From contig JAPLXH010000001.1 in NCBI GenBank assembly GCA_026396195.1, positions 1 to 54,827 on the forward strand: a DNA stretch of 54,827 bases, read 5' to 3'. The position numbers were made by a program, and so were the translations under genes. The stretch comes from Candidatus Nealsonbacteria bacterium. Its GTDB lineage: Bacteria > Patescibacteriota > Minisyncoccia > Minisyncoccales > JAGGXC01. Each line of letters begins with the position of its first letter. The first letter of the stretch is position 1. This document shows positions 44,217-54,408 of this stretch, piece by piece. The notes beneath the pieces were generated by a model that was given only the letters and a program-made list of their open reading frames with translations, was not told the origin of the DNA and searched no databases.

Positions 44217-45206
44217 TTATTTAACGCCTAAATTTTTGAACCATTCTTTGGTAGCTTCCGCAATAGATTTCGGCGTCCAAACCGGAGCATTTCTCCAATA
44301 ATCAATATTATCTAATAAGATTTTAATGCCTTCTTCCAACGAAGTTTCCGATTGCCAATGAAGTATTTTTTTTATTTTAGAAATATCGGCAAAAGTACAA
44401 TCCGGTTCGCCGGGACGCTTGGGAATATAAGTAACCGATCCCTCTAAAAGTTCAATGACGCGATTAATACTGTAAGTACCGCCGGAACCTACATTAAAAA
44501 TTTCACCGGTAACGCCGGATTCAGCTGCTGCCAAAAAAGCCCTGACTACATCTTTTACAAAAGTAAAATCACGGGTTTGGGTGCCGTCGCCAACAACGGT
44601 GAAGGGTTTTTTGGCTAATTTCTGAGCTAAAAATACTCCAAACACCGCACCATAAGTTCCGGAAGTACGCGACCTAGGACCATACACATTAAATGATCTC
44701 AGGGAAATAACTGGTAATTTATAAACCTTACACCAATGTAAAGCAATTTGTTCGCCCAGATATTTTGTCAAAGCATATGGATATTCCGGCTTAATTGGAG
44801 CGGATTCAGGCGTAGGAAATATTTCAGCCAAACCATAACAAGTAGACGAGGCCGCGTAAATAAACCTTTTAACTTTTGCCCGCCTGGACGCTTCTAAAAC
44901 AGAAACTGTACCGTTTATATTACTATTGTGGTATTTTAATGGTTCTACTATCGACGGCACAATATCTGCCAAGGCAGCCAAATGAAAAACCCAGTCAACG
45001 CCTTTGAAATAATCCTTTATTTTATCAAAATCCGAAATATCAACCTGAATTAATTCTAAATTCTTATTGTTTTTCAAATGAGCAAGATTTTCTTGACGGC
45101 CGGTAACAAAATTATCCAAAACTAAAACCGAATGTTTCCTTTCTAAAAGAAGTTCGACTAAATGACTGCCTATGAAGCCGGCTCCGCCGGTAACTATCGT
45201 TTTCAT
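44217..45206 (-). CDS. NAD-dependent sugar epimerase/dehydratase (extended SDR)
   Basis: TGGAGFIGSHL and YALTKYLGE (YxxxK). Confidence 0.85.
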   Translation of the reverse strand: MKTIVTGGAGFIGSHLVELLLERKHSVLVLDNFVTGRQENLAHLKNNKNLELIQVDISDFDKIKDYFKGVDWVFHLAALADIVPSIVEPLKYHNSNINGTVSVLEASRRAKVKRFIYAASSTCYGLAEIFPTPESAPIKPEYPYALTKYLGEQIALHWCKVYKLPVISLRSFNVYGPRSRTSGTYGAVFGVFLAQKLAKKPFTVVGDGTQTRDFTFVKDVVRAFLAAAESGVTGEIFNVGSGGTYSINRVIELLEGSVTYIPKRPGEPDCTFADISKIKKILHWQSETSLEEGIKILLDNIDYWRNAPVWTPKSIAEATKEWFKNLGVK

Positions 45207-45333
45207 ATTCTAGAAAATTATTTTCTAATAAATTTGCTTAAAAGTCAAGTTGCTATTTTTTAATTTTTAATTATATTCTCAAAAATCAAACAACATTGAT
45301 AAGCTCTAAAATAACTCTAATAAAAAACGTCTG

Positions 45334-46758
45334 TCATTGTCTTTTATATAGTAACTTAATTTTTCCAAAAAATATCATATTGAAAAAAGTTAAGATAAGA
45401 TAAAACTGCAAGAAATATATAAAAGGATCTATAGGATATCTAAAACGATGGGCAGGGTTTGTCAAAAAAGACAGAACAAGTATATGAATAACTGTTATAA
45501 AAAACGATATTATTACTTCAGAAGGTAAGGACTTCCATTTAATAAATAAGAATGCTGTCGACGGTAAAAATAGCCAGAACAGAACCGTGCTAAACCATTT
45601 CATGCCAATATTGTGAAAATGGAATATTTTGTCAATAACTGGAGAATCTATCTTTGTTTCTACTCCGGAATCTGTTATTTTATCTTTAAATATTAAAGTA
45701 TCCAACTCGGCTGTCCCGAGAAGATGATTTTTCAAATTTACACCAAATGATTCCAAATAAACTAGAGTGTTTTTTATCATAATCTCAATGTAAATTTTAT
45801 CCATGATTTCAAGTTTAGAAAGTTTTATTTCAGGGTGGCGAGAAAGATATTCTGAGGTTACCTCATCAAATTTTGCCATTCTTTCTCTTTTTGCTAAACT
45901 GGTCTCTTCTCTCTTTGTTCCGGCGGTTTCCAGAATTTCCTGATATTCATTCAAAAGTCCGGCGTAACGCGAATTATTATAATAAAATGTTTCGGGTATT
46001 AAACTATAATAAGATACGATAAAAAAGGAACCGTAATCAGTAGTCTTTATTTGAACTGGTCGAAATAACATAAAATATACAATAAAGACAATAAAGAAAG
46101 GACAAAAATATCCAAAATTCCATTTTAAAAAATTTCTGTCTTTAAATTTAAAATTAGGAAGCTCTTTTTTCTTTACAATAAATAAAATCAAGGGCATAAA
46201 AATTAAAAGGACCACAAATTCTATCCTAATAAAGACAAGTGCAAGACCAATTAATCCGGTCAAAAAAGCAAAAATAAATTTAAAATATTTTAATTCTTTG
46301 GCGGCTAAAGAAACAAGGATAACTAAAATAACCATCAAAAAAGAGGCTAAAGATTCCCGTAAAATAGTGTGCTCTATCCATAAAGCTGTCCAGGCAGAAT
46401 AAGTAAAAATAGTAACGAAAAAAGCTAAGGGTAAATTTATTTTTTTGAAATAGCAAAATACCAATAGAGCAGTAATTATGCCAATAATGTGCTGAATTAA
46501 TACGGGACCTGCCACCATGTCGTTATTTATTTTTTCAAAAAACAATAAAAATAAAGAATAAGCAGGGCCTGTCTGGTTAAAAAAATTACCAAATGACTCA
46601 GAAAGTTCTTTTGCCTGCGGGAAATATCTAAACTGAGCATCGGTGCCTACAATGCCAACTCCAAAAATAGGATAAATTGCAATCCTTGGTAAAATCAATA
46701 GAACCAATAAAAAGCCTAGAATGAAAATATTTTTTTTATTTTTTAATACGGTAAGCAT
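45334..46758 (-). CDS. polytopic membrane protein, possibly a GT-C-type glycosyltransferase
   Basis: About 10 or more TM helices plus a soluble insert. Sits in a glycan locus. No firm motif. Confidence 0.45.
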   Translation of the reverse strand: MLTVLKNKKNIFILGFLLVLLILPRIAIYPIFGVGIVGTDAQFRYFPQAKELSESFGNFFNQTGPAYSLFLLFFEKINNDMVAGPVLIQHIIGIITALLVFCYFKKINLPLAFFVTIFTYSAWTALWIEHTILRESLASFLMVILVILVSLAAKELKYFKFIFAFLTGLIGLALVFIRIEFVVLLIFMPLILFIVKKKELPNFKFKDRNFLKWNFGYFCPFFIVFIVYFMLFRPVQIKTTDYGSFFIVSYYSLIPETFYYNNSRYAGLLNEYQEILETAGTKREETSLAKRERMAKFDEVTSEYLSRHPEIKLSKLEIMDKIYIEIMIKNTLVYLESFGVNLKNHLLGTAELDTLIFKDKITDSGVETKIDSPVIDKIFHFHNIGMKWFSTVLFWLFLPSTAFLFIKWKSLPSEVIISFFITVIHILVLSFLTNPAHRFRYPIDPFIYFLQFYLILTFFNMIFFGKIKLLYKRQ

Positions 46759-46768
46759 TTTAAAAATT

Positions 46769-47320
46769 TTAATAATGTACTACATCAATAATTTTCGTTA
46801 CTTTAAATTTTATTCTAATCCAAGCCTCGACTATCTCATAAGCCCCGAAAAAGGTTATTACATAAAATAAATCTCCCAATAAGGCGTTTCTAAAAAAGGG
46901 CAAAGCCATTAAATAACACTGAATTAATCCAAAAACAGTTTTCGCATACCAGGGAGTAAAAATCCAAACGGCGAAATTTGTAATAGTAAAAAACAAAACC
47001 GAACCCAAGAGCGTACATCCTAAGATTGTGTACCATTTTTTATTATTTTTTAACCAAAAACCCAATAAAACACAAATAAAAAAAGTGCCGTAAACGGAAA
47101 TCATCAGGCTCAGTTCATAACGACCGATAAACATATCTGAAACTGCCATTGTCAATAACGGAATTACAACGGCCGCTTTTCTCTTCAAATAAACGCCACC
47201 GAATAAAGCTATGGCAATGATTGGAGTAAAATTAGGCAAATGAGGAAGCAATCTTAAGGTAATGCCAATTGCAATTAAAATAACGACGAAAATGATTTCT
47301 AAAATGTTTATTTTTTTCAT
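46769..47320 (-). CDS. small six-TM membrane protein, ECF S-component-like (putative vitamin or cobalamin uptake)
   Basis: 183 aa, all helical and hydrophobic (LPHLPNFTPIIAIALFGG). Adjacent to a DUF4430-like gene. Confidence 0.4.
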   Translation of the reverse strand: MKKINILEIIFVVILIAIGITLRLLPHLPNFTPIIAIALFGGVYLKRKAAVVIPLLTMAVSDMFIGRYELSLMISVYGTFFICVLLGFWLKNNKKWYTILGCTLLGSVLFFTITNFAVWIFTPWYAKTVFGLIQCYLMALPFFRNALLGDLFYVITFFGAYEIVEAWIRIKFKVTKIIDVVHY

Positions 47321-47346
47321 ATTTTTAATATTTTTATTTTTTATTT

Positions 47347-47799
47347 TTAAAATTTTGATTTTTCAAATTTAAATTCGACTTTATCTGCGGGCTTTAATTG
47401 ATATTTATCGGCTGAAACCATAGGCATTTCTCCATTGACATAATACATCCAATATCTCCCGTCTTCTCCGTTTTCTTTTCCCCCGATGGCTTCAATAAAA
47501 ATTCCCATATCGTAATTTTTTATTTTCAGCGCTAAGTTTAATTTTTCCGATCCATTTTTCAATAAATCAAAAACGGTCATCCCCTCTTTAAAATCAGCTT
47601 CGGTGTTTTCTCCGCCATAGTTAATGGCAAGTAGCAATTTTTCTTCAATAATTTCCTGGTTTTGTTCCGGCAATTTTTTTTCTTGTTCTTGAAAAAAAGG
47701 AACTTTTAAATAAAAAATAAAAGCAACACTTATTATTAATAAAATTCCGATTAAAACTGTCGTAAAAATGATTATTTTTTTAAAATTTATTGTTGCCAT
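47347..47799 (-). CDS. DUF4430-like (transcobalamin C-terminal-domain-like) secreted or anchored protein
   Basis: An N-terminal TM or signal helix, then GMTVFDLL...GRYWMYYVNGEMPMVSADKYQLKPADKVEFKF, typical of DUF4430. Confidence 0.55.
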   Translation of the reverse strand: MATINFKKIIIFTTVLIGILLIISVAFIFYLKVPFFQEQEKKLPEQNQEIIEEKLLLAINYGGENTEADFKEGMTVFDLLKNGSEKLNLALKIKNYDMGIFIEAIGGKENGEDGRYWMYYVNGEMPMVSADKYQLKPADKVEFKFEKSKF

Positions 47800-47819
47800 G
47801 TTGTTAATAATTTTTATTT

Positions 47820-49049
47820 TTAATTTTTATTTCTCCATTCATTGGAGTTTATATAATCTCTCAGGTGATTAAAATGTTCGGTCAGTTCTTTTGCCGAACA
47901 TTCCTTGGTTTCTATAACGGATTCTGTCGGATATCTAAAGAAATATTTAGAGTATTCTCTTGTCAATATCTTCACCCCGTATTTGTCCGGGTTTTTCCAA
48001 ACATCGCATACCGGAAATGGCATAAAAAGAGTTGCCGGGCATTTATCCGGTTGAGTTTCTCTTATAAATTGTTTGGTTTTTTCTATGCTTTCCCATGTTT
48101 CACCCGGAAGACCGGCTATTAAGAATGTTTTTGCTATGATTCCATGCGATTTAATTCTTTTAATCGCTTCTTTCGCCTTTTCCAAATCCAAGGGTTTATT
48201 CATTAACTTTAATACATTCTCGTCGGCAGACTCAAGTCCCATTTGAATTTCCACACAACCCATTTTTTTAAGTAATACGCATATTTCTTCGTCTAGCGCA
48301 TCTATTCTTGCCATGCATTTAAATCTTATATTTAACGGCTCTAATAATTCAGCAAGTTTTTTTAATCTGGACCTGTTCAATGTAAAATGATCGTCCATAA
48401 TATTAAAATTATTTACTGAATAATTTTTAATTAAATATTTAATTTCTGATAAAACATATTCCGGACTATGAAACCTTATTGGTTGTGGGATATTAGAACA
48501 AAATGCACATTTAAAGGGACACCCTCTTGATGTATATAAAACCATCGCTTCGGGAGACTCTTTGTTATATCCATATCCCCCTAAAACATCTTTTGATACA
48601 ACTCTATCTCTTGGCAATAGGTGTCTTGCGGGGAAAGGTACCGTATCTATGTTTTCTACTGTTTTTCCCTGAATAATACCGGTCAATCCGTTCTTTATAA
48701 TATCCAATATAGTTATTTCCCCGTCGCCCCTTAAAATAGTGTCGTAGTATCCGATAAAATCTCCGGGCATATGAGTCGCATGCACTCCGCCTATTATCCT
48801 AAGTCCCTTGCCTTCCAAGTATTTCCCTATTTGTCTAAGCTCATTTACTTCTGTTACGTGCCCTGTGGTGCCATAGATATCCGCTTCCGGAATTTTAGTT
48901 AAATCGAATTTCTCTCGTAAGTCGCACATTTTAACGTCGAAATTATTTTTTTCTAAAATTGCGGCTACATATAGTAGTCCTAAGGGTGGAAATATGGTGG
49001 AATCGAATAATCTGGGAAATGGAGGAATTATTAATGTTATTTTTTTCAT
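47820..49049 (-). CDS. B12-binding domain radical SAM protein (class B type)
   Basis: N-terminal B12-binding-like region (ITLIIPP...IGGVHATH) and CPFKCAFC. Confidence 0.85.
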   Translation of the reverse strand: MKKITLIIPPFPRLFDSTIFPPLGLLYVAAILEKNNFDVKMCDLREKFDLTKIPEADIYGTTGHVTEVNELRQIGKYLEGKGLRIIGGVHATHMPGDFIGYYDTILRGDGEITILDIIKNGLTGIIQGKTVENIDTVPFPARHLLPRDRVVSKDVLGGYGYNKESPEAMVLYTSRGCPFKCAFCSNIPQPIRFHSPEYVLSEIKYLIKNYSVNNFNIMDDHFTLNRSRLKKLAELLEPLNIRFKCMARIDALDEEICVLLKKMGCVEIQMGLESADENVLKLMNKPLDLEKAKEAIKRIKSHGIIAKTFLIAGLPGETWESIEKTKQFIRETQPDKCPATLFMPFPVCDVWKNPDKYGVKILTREYSKYFFRYPTESVIETKECSAKELTEHFNHLRDYINSNEWRNKN

Positions 49050-49050
49050 T

Positions 49051-49905
49051 TTAGTAATAACTCGTTTTAAAATACTTTTGAATTTTTCTTTTCAGAGTGA
49101 CTAAATACCGCCAAGGCTTAAAAAGAGTCAATTCGGAAATAATTCTTCTCGGAAAAGGAGGTTTTTCAAGACCCTTGGAAGTTAAAATCCAATCGGCGTC
49201 TTGCAAAGAACACATCGAATTAAATCCGCCGGCCAATTCAAAAGTTCTTTGTCTTTCAATTTTATAAAATTTTGTTTCTTTTCTTGGACGATCGTGGTCC
49301 TGGTGAATAACAGTAACCTCGTGGGTTACATCTATAACCGGTATTCTTACAGATCTTGCGTGATAAATCATCCAATTGTCAGGTCCTGGAGATCCGATGA
49401 TAAATGGCGGAATTTCTCCGAAAAAATCTTTTGAAAAAACAAAATAGTCAATTGCCGAAGGGCCATGCAATTTTCCTTCTTTTCTAAGTTTCTCTTGAAG
49501 TTTTTCTTCCCAATTATCATCATTAAAATCAATTTCTTCCTCAACGTTTAAATCCCAACGCCTACCAACCATTAAAAAATTTTCTGCGTTTATTTTTGAA
49601 ACAGCTTTTGTAAAGTTACTAAATAAAATAATATCGCTTGTAAGCTGTCCAATAATAGGATTACTTGCTAATTTTCTTGCCATATTGACCGTAACGCCAA
49701 TAACGGGAGTTCCAAATTCGTTCAATTCAATTTCTGGAACGTGCCTAACGCAAAACTCAGCTGCCACCTCAGCTACGCCTTCCTCGTTACCGAATAAAAT
49801 AATTTCGCATTTCGGTCTGAGCAACGTCCAACTTTTAAGGGAATTTCTTTGCGGAATATTAAACGGATCTCGAAAAGCTCTAGGTACCGTAAAAAGCGTT
49901 ATCAT
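49051..49905 (-). CDS. hypothetical protein (284 aa) in the glycan locus
   Basis: Tightly packed ORF with no motif I can name. Confidence 0.5.
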   Translation of the reverse strand: MITLFTVPRAFRDPFNIPQRNSLKSWTLLRPKCEIILFGNEEGVAEVAAEFCVRHVPEIELNEFGTPVIGVTVNMARKLASNPIIGQLTSDIILFSNFTKAVSKINAENFLMVGRRWDLNVEEEIDFNDDNWEEKLQEKLRKEGKLHGPSAIDYFVFSKDFFGEIPPFIIGSPGPDNWMIYHARSVRIPVIDVTHEVTVIHQDHDRPRKETKFYKIERQRTFELAGGFNSMCSLQDADWILTSKGLEKPPFPRRIISELTLFKPWRYLVTLKRKIQKYFKTSYY

Positions 49906-51241
49906 GTTTTATTTTGTATAAATAATTTAATAATTCAACCGTGTCTTTAAATTTTTTTGCTTTATTTTTTTTTATTAACTTTTTTTGATATTTATTCTTT
50001 TTTATCAGTTCTAAAATATTACTTAACCTTAACTCACTATCAATGTGCTCAATTCCTTCAAAATTTTTATAATAATCCCCTAGAATCTCTCGATGAAAAT
50101 CTAAGGATAATATCGGTTTTCTCGGACATTTCAAAGATGCGATATACAAGCTTGTGCTTGCCGACAAAGGAAGACCGATAATAATCTTTGCACCATCTAT
50201 ATACTCATCTAACTGTTCTTTCGGATTTATAATTTTAATATTTTTTGAAATCGGTTCAAATTCCAACCTAGACCTTTCTATATCTTTATCTTTCGGGTGA
50301 TGCTTGATAATTATTTCCCAATCTGGAAAAAATCCGGTTATCAAACCAATTGTTTCTTTCCATTTTTTGTATCTTTCCTCTCTTGAAATTAAATGACAAT
50401 TATCTCGCCTGAATCCGATTTCTACCCAGCTTGATAATAAAACTAAAATAAAATTTTTTGCTTTTTTTCCCCCTGATATGTTTATAAAAAAATTTTTAAA
50501 CACCTTTCTGCTTTCCCTCGCCAACGGATGGGCTAAAATATAAATTTTCTCAGGCCGAACACCTTCCTTAAGAAACAACTGCCGATCTTTTTCCGAAAAA
50601 ACAATCAAATAATCGCTGTCCCCCATTCCTATATTCCCTTTTCTTAAAATATAACTTGCTTTTCCCGAAAAAGGTCTTTCCAAAACCAGCAAAGGTAAAA
50701 TCCAATAATAAAGAAAGTGGCCTAAATATTTTCTACATCTTGTTAAAAAAAGTCTTAATTTAAGAGGCAAAAAAGAAGGAAATCTCAAATAAGCATTGGT
50801 AAGGTCCACGAATTTCTCGCCGTTTTTACTGTCTCCGATGTTTGATGGCTGAATAATAATTCTTAGGGCGCCTATTTTCTTGGCAAATCTTAATAAATAC
50901 ATTTCAAAAAGAGAATGTATGTCGCTTGGCGATATAACAATATCCGGATTACATTTTAAAATAGCGTCTTTGGCTAAATTATAAAGATATCTGTTTTTAG
51001 CAAATAAGCCTTTTTTTTCGCCTGTAAATTGATGAACCGGTATGATTTTCTCTAATCTCGGGAATAATTTTTTATCAGCAATAATATTTTCCGTTTCAGA
51101 ATCTAACTTTTCAGATAATAAAATTGTCGGATAAGCATGCGTAATTTCATAAAAATGCCCGATTTGGGTAGTTCGAAAAACTCTTGGAATATTTGTGTAA
51201 AAAATAACTTTTTTTATTTTTGGACAAGTCTCTGATTCCAT
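49880..51241 (-). CDS. hypothetical protein (453 aa), possibly a GT-B-like transferase
   Basis: Two-lobed length and an IIKHHPKD motif reminiscent of the HP motifs of capsule/sialyl-type transferases. Weak evidence. Confidence 0.4.
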   Translation of the reverse strand: MESETCPKIKKVIFYTNIPRVFRTTQIGHFYEITHAYPTILLSEKLDSETENIIADKKLFPRLEKIIPVHQFTGEKKGLFAKNRYLYNLAKDAILKCNPDIVISPSDIHSLFEMYLLRFAKKIGALRIIIQPSNIGDSKNGEKFVDLTNAYLRFPSFLPLKLRLFLTRCRKYLGHFLYYWILPLLVLERPFSGKASYILRKGNIGMGDSDYLIVFSEKDRQLFLKEGVRPEKIYILAHPLARESRKVFKNFFINISGGKKAKNFILVLLSSWVEIGFRRDNCHLISREERYKKWKETIGLITGFFPDWEIIIKHHPKDKDIERSRLEFEPISKNIKIINPKEQLDEYIDGAKIIIGLPLSASTSLYIASLKCPRKPILSLDFHREILGDYYKNFEGIEHIDSELRLSNILELIKKNKYQKKLIKKNKAKKFKDTVELLNYLYKIKHDNAFYGT

Positions 51242-51243
51242 TT

Positions 51244-52155
51244 TTAACTTTTTATATTTTTATAATAATCAATTGTTCTGGTAATTCCCTCCCTCAGGCT
51301 TACTTTTGGTTCATAATTTAAAAGGCGCTTCGCTTTGCTGTAATTTGAATACATGCGCTTAATATCTTGCTTTCTGGGTTCCAAAAATTTTATCTCTATT
51401 TTGTTTCCAATCTTCTTCTTAATTAAAGAGGTAAGCTCTAATAAAGAATACGATTTTTTTCCCGGAATATTAAAAATTTCCAATCCTTTTGTTTCATAAT
51501 AAATGCTTTTTATAATTCCCTTTACTGCGTCATCAATATATAAAAAATCTCTGTGTTGTTCTCCATCTCCATGAATTTTTAACGGCCTTTTTTTAAGCGC
51601 TGAATTAAGAGAATCAGATAACACCCCTATTCCTATTTTCTGCCCAGGTCCGTAAGTGCTTGATAAACGCAAAATAATAATCGGGATTTTGTATTTATCC
51701 GAATAAAATTTATAAATCTTTTCCGCCATGTATTTTGAAAAACCATATTCGGTTATTGGTTTTGGACAATCGGATTCAATATGGGGTTTGCCCGTGTATT
51801 CTCCATAGACAGCCTCGGAGGAAATAAAAATTATTTTCTTTATATCGGACTCCTTGCAAACCTCCAAAAGATTGGAGCTGCCAAGAACATTTATCAAGTA
51901 AAAATCCTTCCTGAAAGAACCCACTAAGTTTATCACGATGTCTGACTTCTTAAGGGCTCTTTTTAAAGCTTTTTTATCTAAAATACTCCCTTTTAAAAAA
52001 CTGAGGTTTTTATTCTTAAAAGGCGGAGGGGTTTTGTCGTAGATTAAAAGATTAATATTTCTTCCTTCTTTCAGAAGTTCTTTTGTTAATGTTTGCCCAA
52101 TAAAACCGGCGCCCCCGCAAATAAATATTCTTTTTTTATTTTTAGAATTATGCAT
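51244..52155 (-). CDS. NAD-dependent sugar epimerase/dehydratase (extended SDR)
   Basis: CGGAGFIGQTL and YGFSKYMAE (YxxxK). Confidence 0.8.
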   Translation of the reverse strand: MHNSKNKKRIFICGGAGFIGQTLTKELLKEGRNINLLIYDKTPPPFKNKNLSFLKGSILDKKALKRALKKSDIVINLVGSFRKDFYLINVLGSSNLLEVCKESDIKKIIFISSEAVYGEYTGKPHIESDCPKPITEYGFSKYMAEKIYKFYSDKYKIPIIILRLSSTYGPGQKIGIGVLSDSLNSALKKRPLKIHGDGEQHRDFLYIDDAVKGIIKSIYYETKGLEIFNIPGKKSYSLLELTSLIKKKIGNKIEIKFLEPRKQDIKRMYSNYSKAKRLLNYEPKVSLREGITRTIDYYKNIKS

Positions 52156-52160
52156 TTTAA

Positions 52161-53327
52161 TTAATCTATAAATCTTTTTTGTATCGGAATGTTTTTAATG
52201 TCTATGGTTTTTAAAATTTTTATAATTCTTTCGGCGGAGTGTCCGTCTCCGTAGGGATTTTTAACATTCTGCACAATTTCCTTAAATTTTTTATCATAAA
52301 GAGCCTTTCTTATCGCGTTTTTAATTTCTTCCTTCTGATAAGAACTATCAATGACATTTTTAGGCCGCTCTCTTCCTTGTTGACGCGTTCCTATATTAAC
52401 CGTTGGGACATGTAATGTTGCCGTTTCGTGAATACCCGTGGAAGAATTGCCTATTAAGGCCTCTGAATAACGCAACACATTAATAAAAATTTCCGAAGAA
52501 AGGCTTTTTATATAACTGATATGAGAGTTACGGATTCCTGAAATAATCGCGCTTGTTCCCGCATCATTATTAGGGTAAAAAATGACTCCCTGAATTCCAA
52601 TTTCTTTTACGGCTTCCAAAGTTTGTGTTATTTGCCATCCAGCCTGGTCTATTTCGCTTGTTACCGAATGTTGGACAATGACAACATAGGGTTGCTCAGA
52701 ATTAAGCTTAAGCATTCCCATGATATTCTTTCTGGAAATAACGGGAGATTGGACCAAAACATCTATCGAGGGACAACCAACAACGAAAATAAATCTCGGA
52801 TCCTCCCCCATCCTTCTAATCCTGTTTGCCGCTTCCTTAGTCGCCGCGAAATGAATATTGGCAAATTTTGAGGTTGCGTGTCTTAACGACTCATCAATGC
52901 TTCCCGTTATTTCTCCTCCTTGAATGTGAGCAACGGGAATGTTCATGTGCGCTCCTACGACTGCGGCGGAAAAATTAGCGCCGATATCAAAACCGGTTAA
53001 AACAAGATCCGGTTTTAACGCTTCAAAAACATCTGAAAGACCACTCATAACGCGGCTGTAAGCGCGAGTCATTTCAGCGCCGCTGTCAGGCGCATTTTCT
53101 CTAAACATTGGAATAACGGATGCAATTTTGAATCCGTCGCGTTTAATAATTTTGATATCTTCTCCGTAATTTTTTAAAAGACTTATTCCGGTAACAATCA
53201 ATTTATAATCAAAGAAAGGATCGTTTTCCATAAGCGATAAAATTGGTTTAAACCGAGAATAATCGGCTCTTCTTTCCGATACAATAGCAACTCGCAATTT
53301 TTGTTTTAGTCTTGAATTTGTTCCCAT
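52161..53327 (-). CDS. neuC: UDP-N-acetylglucosamine 2-epimerase, hydrolysing (NeuC/LegG type)
   Basis: Epimerase_2 pattern (SERRADYSRFKPIL, HIQGGEITGSIDE, IGNSSTG). Overlaps the neuB-like gene. Confidence 0.8.
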   Translation of the reverse strand: MGTNSRLKQKLRVAIVSERRADYSRFKPILSLMENDPFFDYKLIVTGISLLKNYGEDIKIIKRDGFKIASVIPMFRENAPDSGAEMTRAYSRVMSGLSDVFEALKPDLVLTGFDIGANFSAAVVGAHMNIPVAHIQGGEITGSIDESLRHATSKFANIHFAATKEAANRIRRMGEDPRFIFVVGCPSIDVLVQSPVISRKNIMGMLKLNSEQPYVVIVQHSVTSEIDQAGWQITQTLEAVKEIGIQGVIFYPNNDAGTSAIISGIRNSHISYIKSLSSEIFINVLRYSEALIGNSSTGIHETATLHVPTVNIGTRQQGRERPKNVIDSSYQKEEIKNAIRKALYDKKFKEIVQNVKNPYGDGHSAERIIKILKTIDIKNIPIQKRFID

Positions 53328-54394
53328 TTTATTAAAGTATTCTTAGGAATTAGAATTCGGGTTCTTTTACCAATAATTTGTTTATAATCTTTCGAGCGTA
53401 TTCCTGTCCCGGGACGTTTTGAAGTCAATATTTCTCTTGTAATAATTGAACCTTTGGGGATATCGACCAAAGAAACAATGCTCCGCTTTGCCCATTCCGC
53501 CACCGGCTTTTCTTCGTTAAAAACTTTTCGCTCCTTACCCAATGCTTCTTCTGCTGCTTTAACGGTTTCAATAATATCTTTTAAATCCTGCGGATTTAAC
53601 GAAAAACAACTGTCAGCGTCGGCTTGTTTCCTGTCAAGAGTAAAATGTTTTTCAATAAAATTTGCACCTTGATGTACGGCAGCCCATATTCTTGCTTCAT
53701 GACTTACGGCAATTCCACTTATTGATTTAATAAAATCCGGCGGAGTATGGTCGGAAAGGCCCACAGGAACGCCATAACGTTTTTTAAACAGGGAAATTAC
53801 TCCGTAATTCAATTGGTTTGCTTTCTGTCCTTCATATATCGATAAACAATGGGCGAAAGCATAAGGCGTACCTGAATTTTGAATAGTTTGCGCGATAAAG
53901 TCAATCTCGGAAAGGTCGCTCATGCCGGTTGAAATAATCATAGGGCGTTTCATTTTTACAATCTCTTCTATCATTAATAAATCTTCTGTTTCTCCTGAAC
54001 CGATTTTAAAACCATAAACTCCCATTTGATTAAGAATTTCTGCGGCTCGCGAAGAAAAAGGCGTGCAAAAATATTGTATTCCGATTTTGTCGCAATACTG
54101 TTTTAATTGATAATGGTCATCAACCGATAATCTGAATTTATTAACAAAATCCCAAATTGACCCCCATTTGGCAAGCATTTCTTTCGAAGCCGCTATGGCC
54201 TCGTCTTTTACCATTTCTTCTTCCGGCAAATGCAACTGCCATTTAATTATTTTCGCGCCGGAAATTTTTGCTGCATAAGCCATTTCTTTAGCCCGTTCTA
54301 GCGAACCCATGTGATTGTCGCACCCGTCGGGCACGACAAGGCATGGCTGCTCGTCCCCTATTATAATATCGTTTAATATTATTTTTGAAGACAT
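53306..54394 (-). CDS. neuB: nonulosonic acid synthase (NeuB family) with C-terminal SAF domain
   Basis: NeuB TIM-barrel pattern (GAKIIKWQLH, KIGSGE, GLSDHT) and a SAF-like tail (IPKGSIITREILTSKRPGTG). Confidence 0.8.
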   Translation of the reverse strand: MSSKIILNDIIIGDEQPCLVVPDGCDNHMGSLERAKEMAYAAKISGAKIIKWQLHLPEEEMVKDEAIAASKEMLAKWGSIWDFVNKFRLSVDDHYQLKQYCDKIGIQYFCTPFSSRAAEILNQMGVYGFKIGSGETEDLLMIEEIVKMKRPMIISTGMSDLSEIDFIAQTIQNSGTPYAFAHCLSIYEGQKANQLNYGVISLFKKRYGVPVGLSDHTPPDFIKSISGIAVSHEARIWAAVHQGANFIEKHFTLDRKQADADSCFSLNPQDLKDIIETVKAAEEALGKERKVFNEEKPVAEWAKRSIVSLVDIPKGSIITREILTSKRPGTGIRSKDYKQIIGKRTRILIPKNTLIKWEQIQD

Positions 54395-54408
54395 TGTTTT
54401 TTTGAATA

